A stretch of DNA of 64,000 nucleotides from Deltaproteobacteria bacterium. Lineage in GTDB: Bacteria > Myxococcota_A > Polyangia > JAAYKL01. This document shows positions 48,472 through 57,988 of this stretch, one piece after another. Below the pieces are notes generated by a model. It worked only from the letters and a program-made list of their open reading frames with translations, did not search any database and had not been told where the DNA came from. The stretch covers positions 9,039-73,038 of the forward strand of contig JAUVDV010000007.1 in assembly GCA_030595125.1 (NCBI GenBank). Reading direction: 5' to 3'. Each line of letters opens with the position of its first letter. Position 1 is the stretch's first letter. Made by a program: the position numbers and the translations under genes.

Positions 48472-48957
48472 ATGGAGACAATGGCCGGAACACTGGTGGC
48501 GCAGCTGGCCGATTTCGATCCGCAAGCGGTGGTCTACATCCATTCCCAGGGTCATTTCTTCGGTGAGTTGATCGCTCGTTCCTACGGTGTGGATCTTTTC
48601 AAGCTGGACCTTCGATATCCCTTCAGCCGTGTACTCACCTCGATCCCGAGGCCGCTCCACATTCCCCTGTGGCCGCTGAAGGAGTTGATTTACAAGGTTT
48701 CGGCTCCTTCATTCAATGGAGCCGTGCAACTGCCACGCCCGGGTGTTCGGGTAACCCTGGTGGATGACTCGGCGAGCAGCGGGCGAACGATCCGAATTGC
48801 CCTGCGTATCCTCGAGGACAACGGTCACAAGCGCAAAGACATTCGCGTTGCCGTGCTTCGATGCGGCGGCAGGGCTCGGGAACTGGTAGATCATTACGTT
48901 ACCGGGAGTCCGAGGATATTCAGTCCTCCAAAGAGCCGGGGCGTAAAGGAAGCATGA
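48472..48957 (+). CDS. Phosphoribosyltransferase-like protein
   Basis: PRPP-binding-type motif VTLVDDSASSGRTI. Confidence 0.5.
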   Translation: METMAGTLVAQLADFDPQAVVYIHSQGHFFGELIARSYGVDLFKLDLRYPFSRVLTSIPRPLHIPLWPLKELIYKVSAPSFNGAVQLPRPGVRVTLVDDSASSGRTIRIALRILEDNGHKRKDIRVAVLRCGGRARELVDHYVTGSPRIFSPPKSRGVKEA

Positions 48958-49651
48958 GCTCAAGGGCCTGGCCCCCTTCGGTATCACCAACTGCGGCGGA
49001 ACCGCGCAGAAAGTTTGCTGCGAGCCCCACGGCGTACAGGCCGAGCGCCCGCCCGTACCGCGAGCCGGAATCCGATTTCGACCGGGTCTGATGGGACTTG
49101 GTAAAAATATCTTCGTGGTGCTCCCTGGCAATGGGCGCACCCTGATCTCGCACAACGAACAAGGCATTGTTCCCCTCGACTCGCGCGCTTACTTTTACGA
49201 CGCCGTCGGTGGGGGAGTACCGGCTGGCAGTGACAATCAGATTATCCAGCGCGAGTTCGGCGTACGGGGTCTCCCACTCGCAAATTTGGGGCACAATCCC
49301 ATCATCGATCTCGATGGGCGGGCTCGAAGCCGAAAACAGCTTGCGACACCTTTCCACCGATCTGTTCACGAATTCGTCGAGCTTCACGGAACCCACCCCT
49401 TGATGCTCGCCAGCTTCCAGTCGCCCGATCTGAGTAAAATTGCCTATCATGGCCAGGAGGGAATTGACGGCCTGAATGGAATCTTCAATGGCTTCACGGG
49501 TATCCTCGTCTGCATCCTCCATCACGGTTTTTATGTAACTCAGATTAGTTATGATCGCGGAAATGGGGTTCCGAAAATCGTGGGTGAGAAGCTTGACGGA
49601 GCTTGAATTACCGTTGATCCAGTCCTCTAGAGCGTTATCTGGTCCGGGCAT
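48920..49651 (-). CDS. Cytoplasmic sensor histidine kinase (HisKA plus HATPase_c only)
   Basis: H-box LTHDFRNPISAI. N-box/G-box-like regions ...DNLIVTASRYS...GLGLYAV.... Confidence 0.68.
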   Translation of the reverse strand: MPGPDNALEDWINGNSSSVKLLTHDFRNPISAIITNLSYIKTVMEDADEDTREAIEDSIQAVNSLLAMIGNFTQIGRLEAGEHQGVGSVKLDEFVNRSVERCRKLFSASSPPIEIDDGIVPQICEWETPYAELALDNLIVTASRYSPTDGVVKVSARVEGNNALFVVRDQGAPIAREHHEDIFTKSHQTRSKSDSGSRYGRALGLYAVGLAANFLRGSAAVGDTEGGQALELMLPLRPGSLED

Positions 49652-50054
49652 GCCTTACGAATCTTCTTGCCACGTAGCAACGTAGCTGTTCCCTGGCGTC
49701 GTGACCCATGTCACAGAATGCCACGCCCATCCCCGCGCTTCCCTGGCCGTCTCCAACGTCGGCCCGGACGACCTTTCCCTTGACGGAAAACGGACGCCGG
49801 CTGGAGGGCAGGGAAAGTCGAAGGAGCAACTCCTCACCCTCGTATAACAGGAGATCCGAGTGCAGATAAACTCCCACGGCGCTCAGGTCGAAGCAGTCGA
49901 ATGCCATGGCATCCCCCTGTTCGTCCACCAGCTCGATTGACACATCCTCCATTGATCTTCGGGTACTTGTCCTGCGATTCACCCGGCGGGACGACCCCGT
50001 GGCAGTCACTGCAACTTGCTTTGCGGCGTGTCCGGAGCGTCGCGGATTAACCAT
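49635..50054 (-). CDS. PilZ-domain protein
   Basis: RRVNRRTSTRRSMEDVSIELVDEQGDAMAFDCFDLSAVGVYLHSDLLLYEGEELLLRLSLP (RxxxR...DxSxxG PilZ motifs). The start is uncertain (ATG at 50054 or TTG at 50114). Confidence 0.55.
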   Translation of the reverse strand: MVNPRRSGHAAKQVAVTATGSSRRVNRRTSTRRSMEDVSIELVDEQGDAMAFDCFDLSAVGVYLHSDLLLYEGEELLLRLSLPSSRRPFSVKGKVVRADVGDGQGSAGMGVAFCDMGHDAREQLRCYVARRFVRHARTR

Positions 50055-50149
50055 GAAATCAATTATTTCACAACTGGGACCCGGGGTCAAAATCTTTCTA
50101 TTATACTTCGCCAATCGATGCTAATATGCTCTTTATCAAGGAGCCAAAC

Positions 50150-51325
50150 ATGCCCAAAATTGCCTCGATGAATTTTGATGCGCCGCCGAAGGTGGACAAA
50201 ACCATAGGAGCCATCGGGCCGGCGCTGGTCGGGGGCAAGATTATGTACCGTCCGAACAGCTCGATCTGGAACGGCCATTATCAGCACATATTCTGGATTG
50301 GCGTGAACGGGTACGTCATCGTGAATCATTACGAGCCCAGAGAAATAGTGCTGGTCGATCCCTGGCCGACCTACAGACCCTGGTTGAACAGGCTCACCAA
50401 GAAAGAGCACTGGAAGCGGCTCCTGGAACTGGCCAACTTCCTTCGTCGAGGTGTCGAGGAAGGGTACGCACTGTCCGGAGTATTGCTCACCCACGTTCAC
50501 TATGATCACACCAGGGATGTCCCGTTCCTTTTCGAGTTGCTGACCATGGCGCCGGGAAAACGAAAGAACCACAAGAGGGTCAAGTTCAACCTCGAAGGGC
50601 CAAAGGTGCCCGTCAACAAGTTGCCGACGATATGCTGCGATGGTGACACCGGGAAGGATTTAAAGAAGCGCTTCAAGAAGATATCGAAGCTCGCCGGATA
50701 CGATGGTTGGCACGACATCACCGATACAGGGGGAAAAAAACTGCATTATGACGACGTGTACAACGGTCACTCCCAAAATCCGCTCATGGCCGGAGTAGCG
50801 GCCCCGAGTTTTCCTGTCGGGGGGTTCACCGTACAGCCGTACATCTGGGATCATCTCAACGTGGGCCCCGCTGACAAGTGGGGAATCGGTCTTATCTCGG
50901 GAAGCTACCAGCGCATGTCGGCATTTCTCGTCTACAAATCGGAGGTGAAAAAAGCCAGACGGACGTTCATTGTCGGCAGCGCAGGTGAGATGAGCCGTGC
51001 GCACACAATCACGGTCGCCGATTCCGATATCAAGACCGATCTCCTGATTCAGTCCATCTGCAGCAATCGTGATCGCACCAACGAACTCGTGAAATACCAG
51101 TTGAGATGTGTGAAGAACCCCCGCTTCATTGCATGCTCCCACTGGGAGAAATTCGTCGGGGGGCCCGCCGATGGGAGCAGGCGAAAAAAGGACTTCCGCA
51201 AAAGGGTGAAAACGTACGTGAAAGCACTCGAGGGCAGCGGCGTGGATTCCCGGGTCTTTGTCTTTGCCAGGGCCGGGTTCGAGATGGATATGCCGGATAA
51301 ACCTTCGGAATTTTTGCACATCTGA
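50150..51325 (+). CDS. MBL-fold metallo-hydrolase-like protein
   Basis: LLTHVHYDHTRD (HxHxDH). Otherwise unrecognised. Confidence 0.55.
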   Translation: MPKIASMNFDAPPKVDKTIGAIGPALVGGKIMYRPNSSIWNGHYQHIFWIGVNGYVIVNHYEPREIVLVDPWPTYRPWLNRLTKKEHWKRLLELANFLRRGVEEGYALSGVLLTHVHYDHTRDVPFLFELLTMAPGKRKNHKRVKFNLEGPKVPVNKLPTICCDGDTGKDLKKRFKKISKLAGYDGWHDITDTGGKKLHYDDVYNGHSQNPLMAGVAAPSFPVGGFTVQPYIWDHLNVGPADKWGIGLISGSYQRMSAFLVYKSEVKKARRTFIVGSAGEMSRAHTITVADSDIKTDLLIQSICSNRDRTNELVKYQLRCVKNPRFIACSHWEKFVGGPADGSRRKKDFRKRVKTYVKALEGSGVDSRVFVFARAGFEMDMPDKPSEFLHI

Positions 51326-51332
51326 TCTGATA

Positions 51333-52334
51333 TCACGGAAAAACCAGGATGCGCTCCTCTCCGTGTTTAGCGATCAATTCGTCCACGTGGGCGATCAATG
51401 CGTCTCTTCTGGCTAGCAAGAGCGCGATCTCCGATTTACGAAGCAGCGCTCGACCCGGGCCGGTGGGTCCCCACTCCACGGCATCCGTCACCGCTCTTTC
51501 TTCGAGCTCTCGCAATCGGGAAATCAGGGCGACGGAGAATCTCTGACACGACGAAAGCAGATCGTCCATTCTCTCGTGCTGCCGTTTCGACCAGTTCGAG
51601 AAAGAGCCGTTATTATCGATCAGCACGAGGGAAGAGCCGGAGCTGTCGGCGAACAGGTTCCCGCCCGAGAACCGATCCCAGTTTCCGGTCACGTAGTCGA
51701 GCACTACCATTGACGACGCGGGCGCAACGAGCGGTTCTTCGCCGGACGTGGGACCGTCAATGGAGAGGAGCAAGTCAAGCTTCACGCGACCCTTGCGACC
51801 ATCGAATCCGGACTCGACGATATCGTCCATCCAGGCGATCATTGCGCCGGAGACCGCCCCGTTGTTACCCGTGAGCGCCTCTTTCCCAAGGGATGAAGCT
51901 ACATCCGGGAAGTGTTTGTCCAGGTGTCCCATGAGCCTGGAAAGTGGGATCTCGTGCATGATCGAGGGGGGCACCCTCTCCACCCCGAGCAATTTTGCGA
52001 GGCGGAAGTAAGCAACCTCGAAACGGGCGGTGCGGTTGTCACGGCGCATGGGCTTGAAGACCGCAACATCGCCTTGCGCCAGCCTGATCTTCAACGACAG
52101 GGACCGCATCGAGATTGGACGCACTCCAACCATTTTCCCGCCGACGAGATTTTTTGTCATGTCTTCGGGCAAGCTTGCCGGTGGGGCAGGTTCTTCCACC
52201 TGAACGCGAGGGATCACGTCCTCCTTCGCCACCCGGGTAACCGGCCGATCTTTCTCGCCCGAATGCTCACCCGTTCCCGAGCAACTCAAAGTCAGGACTC
52301 CGAACAAAAACGTCCGTATGGTTATTCTGGTCAT
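51333..52334 (-). CDS. Hypothetical lipoprotein. Possible Fam20/Fjo-like secretory-kinase fold (speculative).
   Basis: Lipobox FGVLTLSCSG. Segments VLDYVTGNWDRFSGGN and LVLIDNNGSF are reminiscent of the DxG/DNGRGF region of FAM20-type kinases. Confidence 0.45.
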   Translation of the reverse strand: MTRITIRTFLFGVLTLSCSGTGEHSGEKDRPVTRVAKEDVIPRVQVEEPAPPASLPEDMTKNLVGGKMVGVRPISMRSLSLKIRLAQGDVAVFKPMRRDNRTARFEVAYFRLAKLLGVERVPPSIMHEIPLSRLMGHLDKHFPDVASSLGKEALTGNNGAVSGAMIAWMDDIVESGFDGRKGRVKLDLLLSIDGPTSGEEPLVAPASSMVVLDYVTGNWDRFSGGNLFADSSGSSLVLIDNNGSFSNWSKRQHERMDDLLSSCQRFSVALISRLRELEERAVTDAVEWGPTGPGRALLRKSEIALLLARRDALIAHVDELIAKHGEERILVFP

Positions 52335-52464
52335 TAACTCCCTCTTGTCTGGGATATACTAACCGAATGCTGTCTTTACAAAACTAAAACGGTGGTCCTT
52401 GACAGCGGGCGGGGGCACCCTTTAAGGTGCTTGCCTCGTTTCGACGAGGTGGAGGGATAAGAAA

Positions 52465-52830
52465 ATGAAGAAAAAAGAGAAAGACAAGTTTAAAAAGATA
52501 TTGATGGGCAAGCGGGACAAGCTCCTGGTCAACGCGCGCCAGACTCTCGATGAAGACATGACCCTTGACAAGGCCGATCTCGCGGACGAAATGGATCTCG
52601 CCTCCAGCGAATATCTGCAGTCCTTCCAGTTCCGGTTGAGAGGCAGGGAGCGAACCTTCCTGAGCAAAATCGACAAGGCGTTGACAAAGCTGAAGGACGG
52701 ATCTTTCGGTGTTTGCGAGTACTGCGGCGAGCCCATCCACACCAAGCGCCTCGAAGCAAGGCCCGAGACCAATTTGTGCATCAGGTGCAAGGAAGAGCAA
52801 GAACGCGAAGAACAGCAGTTCGGCGACTAG
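52465..52830 (+). CDS. DksA/TraR-family C4-type zinc-finger protein
   Basis: Coiled-coil N-terminus plus CEYCGEPI...RLEARPETNLCIRCK. Confidence 0.7.
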   Translation: MKKKEKDKFKKILMGKRDKLLVNARQTLDEDMTLDKADLADEMDLASSEYLQSFQFRLRGRERTFLSKIDKALTKLKDGSFGVCEYCGEPIHTKRLEARPETNLCIRCKEEQEREEQQFGD

Positions 52831-52840
52831 AAGCTGGCCT

Positions 52841-52884
52841 CCATCATCTTCCCCTTCCCCTCGCAGGGGAAGGCCGGGATGGGG
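52841..52884 (-). repeat. Conserved hairpin element, copy B (reverse orientation)
   Basis: ccatcatcttccccttcccctcgcaggggaaggccgggatgggg. Lies between the convergent dksA-like and histidine-kinase stops. Confidence 0.8.
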
Positions 52885-52886
52885 TC

Positions 52887-54623
52887 CTACCGGACCGGAA
52901 TGCTCACCAGGAACGTCGTTCCCCCGCCTCGCACAGTCGTGAAATTGATTTTACCCCCATGCGCTTCGACGATCTCTCTGGCCACCGCCAGACCCAGCCC
53001 CGTACCGTTTTCTTTGCCCAGGGTGACGAATGACTGAAACAGGGAACCCTGAATCTCATCCGGTATTCCCGGACCCGTGTCGGTGAAGCTGAAGATCAGC
53101 TCATTGCCGAGTCTGTCCACCTCGAAAATCATCTTTCCACCACCGACCATTGCCTCGGCGGCATTGATGGCAATGTTATTGAACGCGCGGATCATCTTCT
53201 CGGTGTCCAGCCGTACGGAGCCCGCCGTGCGCAGGTGGATCTCCAGTTCCACATTGTTCGACTTGAGGTGCTGCTCGACCTGTCCCCTGAACTCATCGAC
53301 GAACTCGGGAAGAAGACAATTGCTGGGAAGGACCCGGCGCTCCCCCCTGGAGAAGGCGATGATCTCCGCAGCCATCATTGTGATCCTGTCGAGGGCCGCG
53401 TTCACGTGTTCGAGGTAATCATCACCCTCCCGCGTGTCGACCCTGGCCGCCAGCATCTCCGCATACCCGGAGACCACGGTGATGGGCGACTTGAGGTCGT
53501 GAAGGACGCCTGCCAGAAGCCTGCCTACGGTTGCGAGTCGTCGTTCGCGCTCACGCACGACACGATCCGTGAGATGGTCCACGGCGGACGCGAGCTGGGC
53601 GGCCACGAGCCGCAGCAACATCAGATCGGGCTCCGTGAACCCGCCCTCCGCGCCCCTGTTGGCCACGAGCAGAGCCCCTCGCATGTTTCTATCCTCGGGG
53701 AACGGAAGCGGAACTGCGGCCAGGTTCTTCACGGCGATGCCGATGCGTTTCTCGATGCTGGACTGAAAACGCGGATCTCCCGCCGGCTCGTCGATCAGTA
53801 GTTCCTGACCCCTGGCGGACACCCATCCGCAAAACCCCCTCCCTGCATCCACCCGGATGACCCGGCTCGTCTTTGCGTCCGAGGTCAGTACTCGGATCTG
53901 TGCTCCGGAGTCGTCCATGCTATGGAGGATGGCCACCCCTGCATCGCAGATCTTCAGCACCCTGCCGAGAATTGACGCTGCCAGGGAGTCCAGATCCTCG
54001 GCCCGCGCCACGAGACGCTCGAGATCGAGCAGGAGGTTCAGCTCCCTGTTTCGACGCTCGACGTCGATCTTTGCATTGGTGATGGCGCGGTTCTTTTCGA
54101 CCAGGTCGATCATCATGACCGAATTCTCGACCGTGAGCGCGAGCTGCCCGCAGAGCAGGCCCAGGATCTCCAGATCCTCCTGGTCGAAAGTACCGTCGAT
54201 CCTGTTGAGCACCTCGGCGACACCGATGACCGTGCCGTGCCGCCCGAGGATCGGATGACACATGATGTCTCGCGTGACGAAGCCTGTTTTCTCGTCCCAG
54301 GTGGGATCGAATCGCTCGTCCAGGCTGGTGTCGGTCACGATCAACGGTCTTGCGTGACGGGCAGCCCAGCCGGCAACTCCCTGTCCTGGCGCGAGGTGGA
54401 TCTCGTTTACGCCGTCACCTTCGATGACTCTCGACAACAGATCACCATCGGAATTCACCAGGAAGAGCGTGGATCGCTCCGCTCCCATGAGTCGAGTCGT
54501 CCTCTCCACCGCCATGGTGAGAATCTCGTCGAATGTCATGGTGGATTCGAGGGCCAGGCCGATCTCTCTCAACACACTGAACTGCTGCTCGGCTTTTTCG
54601 AGCCGACGCTCCATTTCGGTCAT
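52887..54623 (-). CDS. Sensor histidine kinase with two GAF domains
   Basis: GAF-like regions. H-box LHDLKSPITVV. HATPase GTGLGLAVAREIVEAHGGKI. The upstream part of the long ORF is an out-of-frame read of the neighbouring gene, so the start is set at MTEMERR (54623), with a GTG four codons upstream as an alternative. Confidence 0.68.
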   Translation of the reverse strand: MTEMERRLEKAEQQFSVLREIGLALESTMTFDEILTMAVERTTRLMGAERSTLFLVNSDGDLLSRVIEGDGVNEIHLAPGQGVAGWAARHARPLIVTDTSLDERFDPTWDEKTGFVTRDIMCHPILGRHGTVIGVAEVLNRIDGTFDQEDLEILGLLCGQLALTVENSVMMIDLVEKNRAITNAKIDVERRNRELNLLLDLERLVARAEDLDSLAASILGRVLKICDAGVAILHSMDDSGAQIRVLTSDAKTSRVIRVDAGRGFCGWVSARGQELLIDEPAGDPRFQSSIEKRIGIAVKNLAAVPLPFPEDRNMRGALLVANRGAEGGFTEPDLMLLRLVAAQLASAVDHLTDRVVRERERRLATVGRLLAGVLHDLKSPITVVSGYAEMLAARVDTREGDDYLEHVNAALDRITMMAAEIIAFSRGERRVLPSNCLLPEFVDEFRGQVEQHLKSNNVELEIHLRTAGSVRLDTEKMIRAFNNIAINAAEAMVGGGKMIFEVDRLGNELIFSFTDTGPGIPDEIQGSLFQSFVTLGKENGTGLGLAVAREIVEAHGGKINFTTVRGGGTTFLVSIPVR

Positions 54624-54669
54624 ATTGAGTTCGGTCACCAGCTCCCCCCTGTCATGAATGGGACCGATA

Positions 54670-55875
54670 TTACGACTTGGTGCCGCACTCGGGGCAGAAC
54701 TTTGCGTCGTCTTCGAGTTTGGCACCGCAGTTGCTGCAAAACTTGGGACCCTGCGCCAGGGGCTGGCCACACTCCGCGCAGAACTTGCCCGGCGCCACCA
54801 GCTTGCTGCATCCGGGACACGTGACGCCCGCGCCTGCTGTCGCCTGGCCGGCTGGAGTTTGCGCGCCCGCGAGGGCGCCCGCGCCACCCTGGGCTCCACC
54901 CTGGGGATAACCCTGCTGCTGGGGTGGCAAGGGAGGCGCCTGCTGCTGCTGCATTCCCTGCTGCTGGAACATCCCGGCCATCCCGAACCCGACGCCGAGC
55001 GCCGCGCCTCCGAGCATGGCGTTTCCGCCGCCGCCACCGCCGCCGCCGCCTTCTCCACCACCGCCACCGCCCGCAGCCATCCCTTCTCCGGCGCCCATCA
55101 GTGCCTTGCCCGAAGCGAACTGCTGGAACCCCTGCATGCCGCCGGCCATCCGCACATACGCGGCGTCGGTGTACAGCTTCTTGAGGGTCTTCTCGTCCTC
55201 TTCCTTGATCCCGATGACGAAGTTGCCCATCTGGGCGATGCGCACGCCGTAGTGCTCAGTGTACTTCTTGACGCCCTCGAGGACCGTTACCTCGATCTCC
55301 TCGGTGTACGCGCCGGAGACCACGTCGAGCAACGGCCACTTCTCCTTGACGACGAGCTCGGCGATCTGATCGCGGATGACCTTCAACACCTGCTGCTTGA
55401 ACCAGTTGAAGAAAGAATCGTTGTCCGACTGCTGCATGCCCACGAGCCCGATGATGAGTTGCTCCGGGTTGAAGACCTGCAAGGCGAAGTCACCGTGGAC
55501 CAACGTCTCGACGGGAACGCCGGACTTGGGATCCTCCACCGAGCCGATTCGCCCGCCGAACTTGATGCCCGGAAACTGCCGCGTGGAGACGAAAAACACC
55601 TCGGCGATAAGGACGTTGCCGCCGGTGAACGAGTCGACCAGGTTGGACAGGAACGGTATGTTTGAGGAATTCAGGGTATGCCGCCCCGGTGGGAGCTTGC
55701 CCTCAACCTTACCGTCCTTGAAGAAGACGGCTACCTCGTCCGAATCGACGGTCAACTGAGCGTAGTTGGGAATGGTTTGATCCGGGTGCTTGTAAATCGC
55801 GAAGTTTTTGGCTTCGTCCGGTCGCGCGATCATCATCTCCTGGACGCCGCGCTTCAGAAAACTGCCGATACCCAT
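54670..55875 (-). CDS. SPFH (band-7) domain protein with a Gly/Gln-rich linker and a C-terminal double zinc ribbon
   Basis: RBS aaggagag. The SPFH region runs from MGIGSFLKRG to YVRMAGG. Then GGGGGGEGGGGGGGGG and Q-rich stretches. Then CPGCSK...CAECG...CSNCG...CPECG. Confidence 0.68.
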   Translation of the reverse strand: MGIGSFLKRGVQEMMIARPDEAKNFAIYKHPDQTIPNYAQLTVDSDEVAVFFKDGKVEGKLPPGRHTLNSSNIPFLSNLVDSFTGGNVLIAEVFFVSTRQFPGIKFGGRIGSVEDPKSGVPVETLVHGDFALQVFNPEQLIIGLVGMQQSDNDSFFNWFKQQVLKVIRDQIAELVVKEKWPLLDVVSGAYTEEIEVTVLEGVKKYTEHYGVRIAQMGNFVIGIKEEDEKTLKKLYTDAAYVRMAGGMQGFQQFASGKALMGAGEGMAAGGGGGGEGGGGGGGGGNAMLGGAALGVGFGMAGMFQQQGMQQQQAPPLPPQQQGYPQGGAQGGAGALAGAQTPAGQATAGAGVTCPGCSKLVAPGKFCAECGQPLAQGPKFCSNCGAKLEDDAKFCPECGTKS

Positions 55876-56083
55876 GTCTCTCTCCTTCGCCTGATAAAAA
55901 AAAGGCGGATGCTTAAAAAACTCTCGTACTCGAAGCCTGAAAGTATAGTGTCCACCCGCTATTCGGTCAACGAGCCCGCTCGTCAATCCCGCAGCATCTC
56001 GGGTGTATCCGGTCGAGCCTCTTTTTCTGTAAGAGATCGGTCGAAAAAACGCTACAATAACGCACCCTAATCTGGAGGTTGCC

Positions 56084-57262
56084 ATGCGATTCCACTTCAC
56101 GCTCCTGTTCAAGACGATACTGCTCCTGTCGCTCCTCATCGGCTGCGGCGGGTCCGGGAAAAGGCCCGGGAGGTCGTCCGATCCCGACGCGGAGGAAACC
56201 GATACGGAAGAGCGGATGACCTCGGAGGATATGATCCCCCGGGCCGTGCTTGTTCGCGCCGAGTTTACCCGTGAGGTGGACTTGCAACGCTTCAAGGCCA
56301 CGGGCGAGATCCTCAAGGAATTCGATCCGACCGTGGATGTCATTTACCTGGTGGGCAAACTCAAGCGGGTGCCCACCCAGGCGACGATCGAGGTTCGCTG
56401 GTTTCGGGATTCCAGGAGGGATCCCATTCTTATCTCGGACGTCCTTGGTTCGGACAGCTTCTCCTTTGTGGCCGATTTTCGACCCGTCGAGGAGGATTTC
56501 ATCCCCGGATCACACACGGCGCGCGTATTTATTGACGGCGCGGAGGTGAGTGGCGCCTCGTTCACGATCACGGGGGAAGATCCCTTCGCCGCCGGGGTGC
56601 GCGTCAAGAAGCCGACCGTTTCCACCCGGGTGACCCGGAAGATGAAGCCCCGGCAGCCATCCAAACTATTCAAGGAAAAGACAAAAAGGCTCCACGTCAC
56701 TTTCGACATCGAGAACGCTACGCCTGGAACCGAAGTTACCGTGCGCTGGCTACGCAACGGCAACCTGTTCAACGAACAGGAGGTCGGCGTGGCGCCAAAG
56801 GGACGGTTCGGGAGCGAGATCGAATCCCCCTCCGGGCTGCCCTCGGGAAACTACACTGTGGAGATCGAGGCAAACGGCGAATCGAAGGCCGAAACCCGCT
56901 TCACTATCGGGGAGGTGTCCAATGGACCGGCGGTTGATCTCCTGGCCCTCGGTCTCGCTCTGGGCGGCGATAACCTGCCCACGGTGGAGCAGACGGTGTT
57001 CAAGGTGGGTCACCCGGCCGTCAAGTGCGGCTTGAGATTTCTGGACGTGCCCCCGGAATCGATCGTCGAGGTTCGCTGGATCCAGTTGGAGGAAGACAAC
57101 GAATCCACCTGGCACACCACGCGCACCGCTGTGACCGCCGGAGGATCCGGGACATTGAGCGCTGTGTGGGAAGCGAACGGCTCTTTTTCGGAAGGGGCGT
57201 ACAAGGTCGTCGTGCTGATCAACGACGTGGCCGTGGCCGAAAAGGAATTCACTATCGAGTGA
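56084..57262 (+). CDS. Hypothetical lipoprotein with internal repeats
   Basis: Lipobox LLSLLIGCGGS. Two related segments (IEVRWFRD... and VEVRWIQLEED...). Confidence 0.5.
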   Translation: MRFHFTLLFKTILLLSLLIGCGGSGKRPGRSSDPDAEETDTEERMTSEDMIPRAVLVRAEFTREVDLQRFKATGEILKEFDPTVDVIYLVGKLKRVPTQATIEVRWFRDSRRDPILISDVLGSDSFSFVADFRPVEEDFIPGSHTARVFIDGAEVSGASFTITGEDPFAAGVRVKKPTVSTRVTRKMKPRQPSKLFKEKTKRLHVTFDIENATPGTEVTVRWLRNGNLFNEQEVGVAPKGRFGSEIESPSGLPSGNYTVEIEANGESKAETRFTIGEVSNGPAVDLLALGLALGGDNLPTVEQTVFKVGHPAVKCGLRFLDVPPESIVEVRWIQLEEDNESTWHTTRTAVTAGGSGTLSAVWEANGSFSEGAYKVVVLINDVAVAEKEFTIE

Positions 57263-57890
57263 TGTTGTTCATGGAGATAATTATCTCCTGATTCGGGGCG
57301 CCGTGCATGTGTTTCATGGGATCCACTGCCTTTCCCCTCACCAGCAGGGCGAAGTGCAGGTGCGACCCCCTCGATATACCCGTGTTGCCCACATTGCCGA
57401 TCACATCGTTCCGCTCGAGTCGTTGTCCCGGCTCGACCTTGAAGCGATCGAGATGCGCGTACAGGGTGACCCATCCTCCCGTATGCAACACCATTACCAG
57501 ATTGCCGTACCCCTTCACTTCGTTGTCCGAGTAGCCGACTATCCCCGGCGCCATCACGTGGACGGGAGTTCCTGTGTCCGCCGTGATATCGACGGCGCGA
57601 TGTCGCCCGTTGTCCGATTTGAAGCCCCTCCCGAGGCGATGATTGGGGATCGGCCACTGGAGATAGCCCGGAGGCTCAAATCCACCCGCGGCCATCTCCC
57701 AGTTTATGGGGAATTCTCCGTTCAACAACAGAGTTGCCGCCCTCCGGGTTCCAAGACCCAATTCATCGGCCAGCTTTCGCGCTTCGACGTGACTGAAGAC
57801 CGTGCCCTGGGCACGACTGCTCAGGGAAACGGAAAAAAAGGCGGTCAAAGACGCCAGAAGCAAGGCTGTTGTTAAAAAAGGATATTTCAT
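57252..57890 (-). CDS. M23-family (LytM-type) metallopeptidase
   Basis: Signal peptide. HRAVDITADTGTPVHVMAPG...GNTGISRGSHLHFAL (HxxxD ... HxH). Confidence 0.75.
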   Translation of the reverse strand: MKYPFLTTALLLASLTAFFSVSLSSRAQGTVFSHVEARKLADELGLGTRRAATLLLNGEFPINWEMAAGGFEPPGYLQWPIPNHRLGRGFKSDNGRHRAVDITADTGTPVHVMAPGIVGYSDNEVKGYGNLVMVLHTGGWVTLYAHLDRFKVEPGQRLERNDVIGNVGNTGISRGSHLHFALLVRGKAVDPMKHMHGAPNQEIIISMNNITR

Positions 57891-57988
57891 TATCTTCGCG
57901 TTCCTCGAACGTTCGAAACGCGATGATTATCGCGGTTATTCCCGTCTCGTTCAAGAAACTTGGGTTCGATCCCGATGAAACGCCGGAG

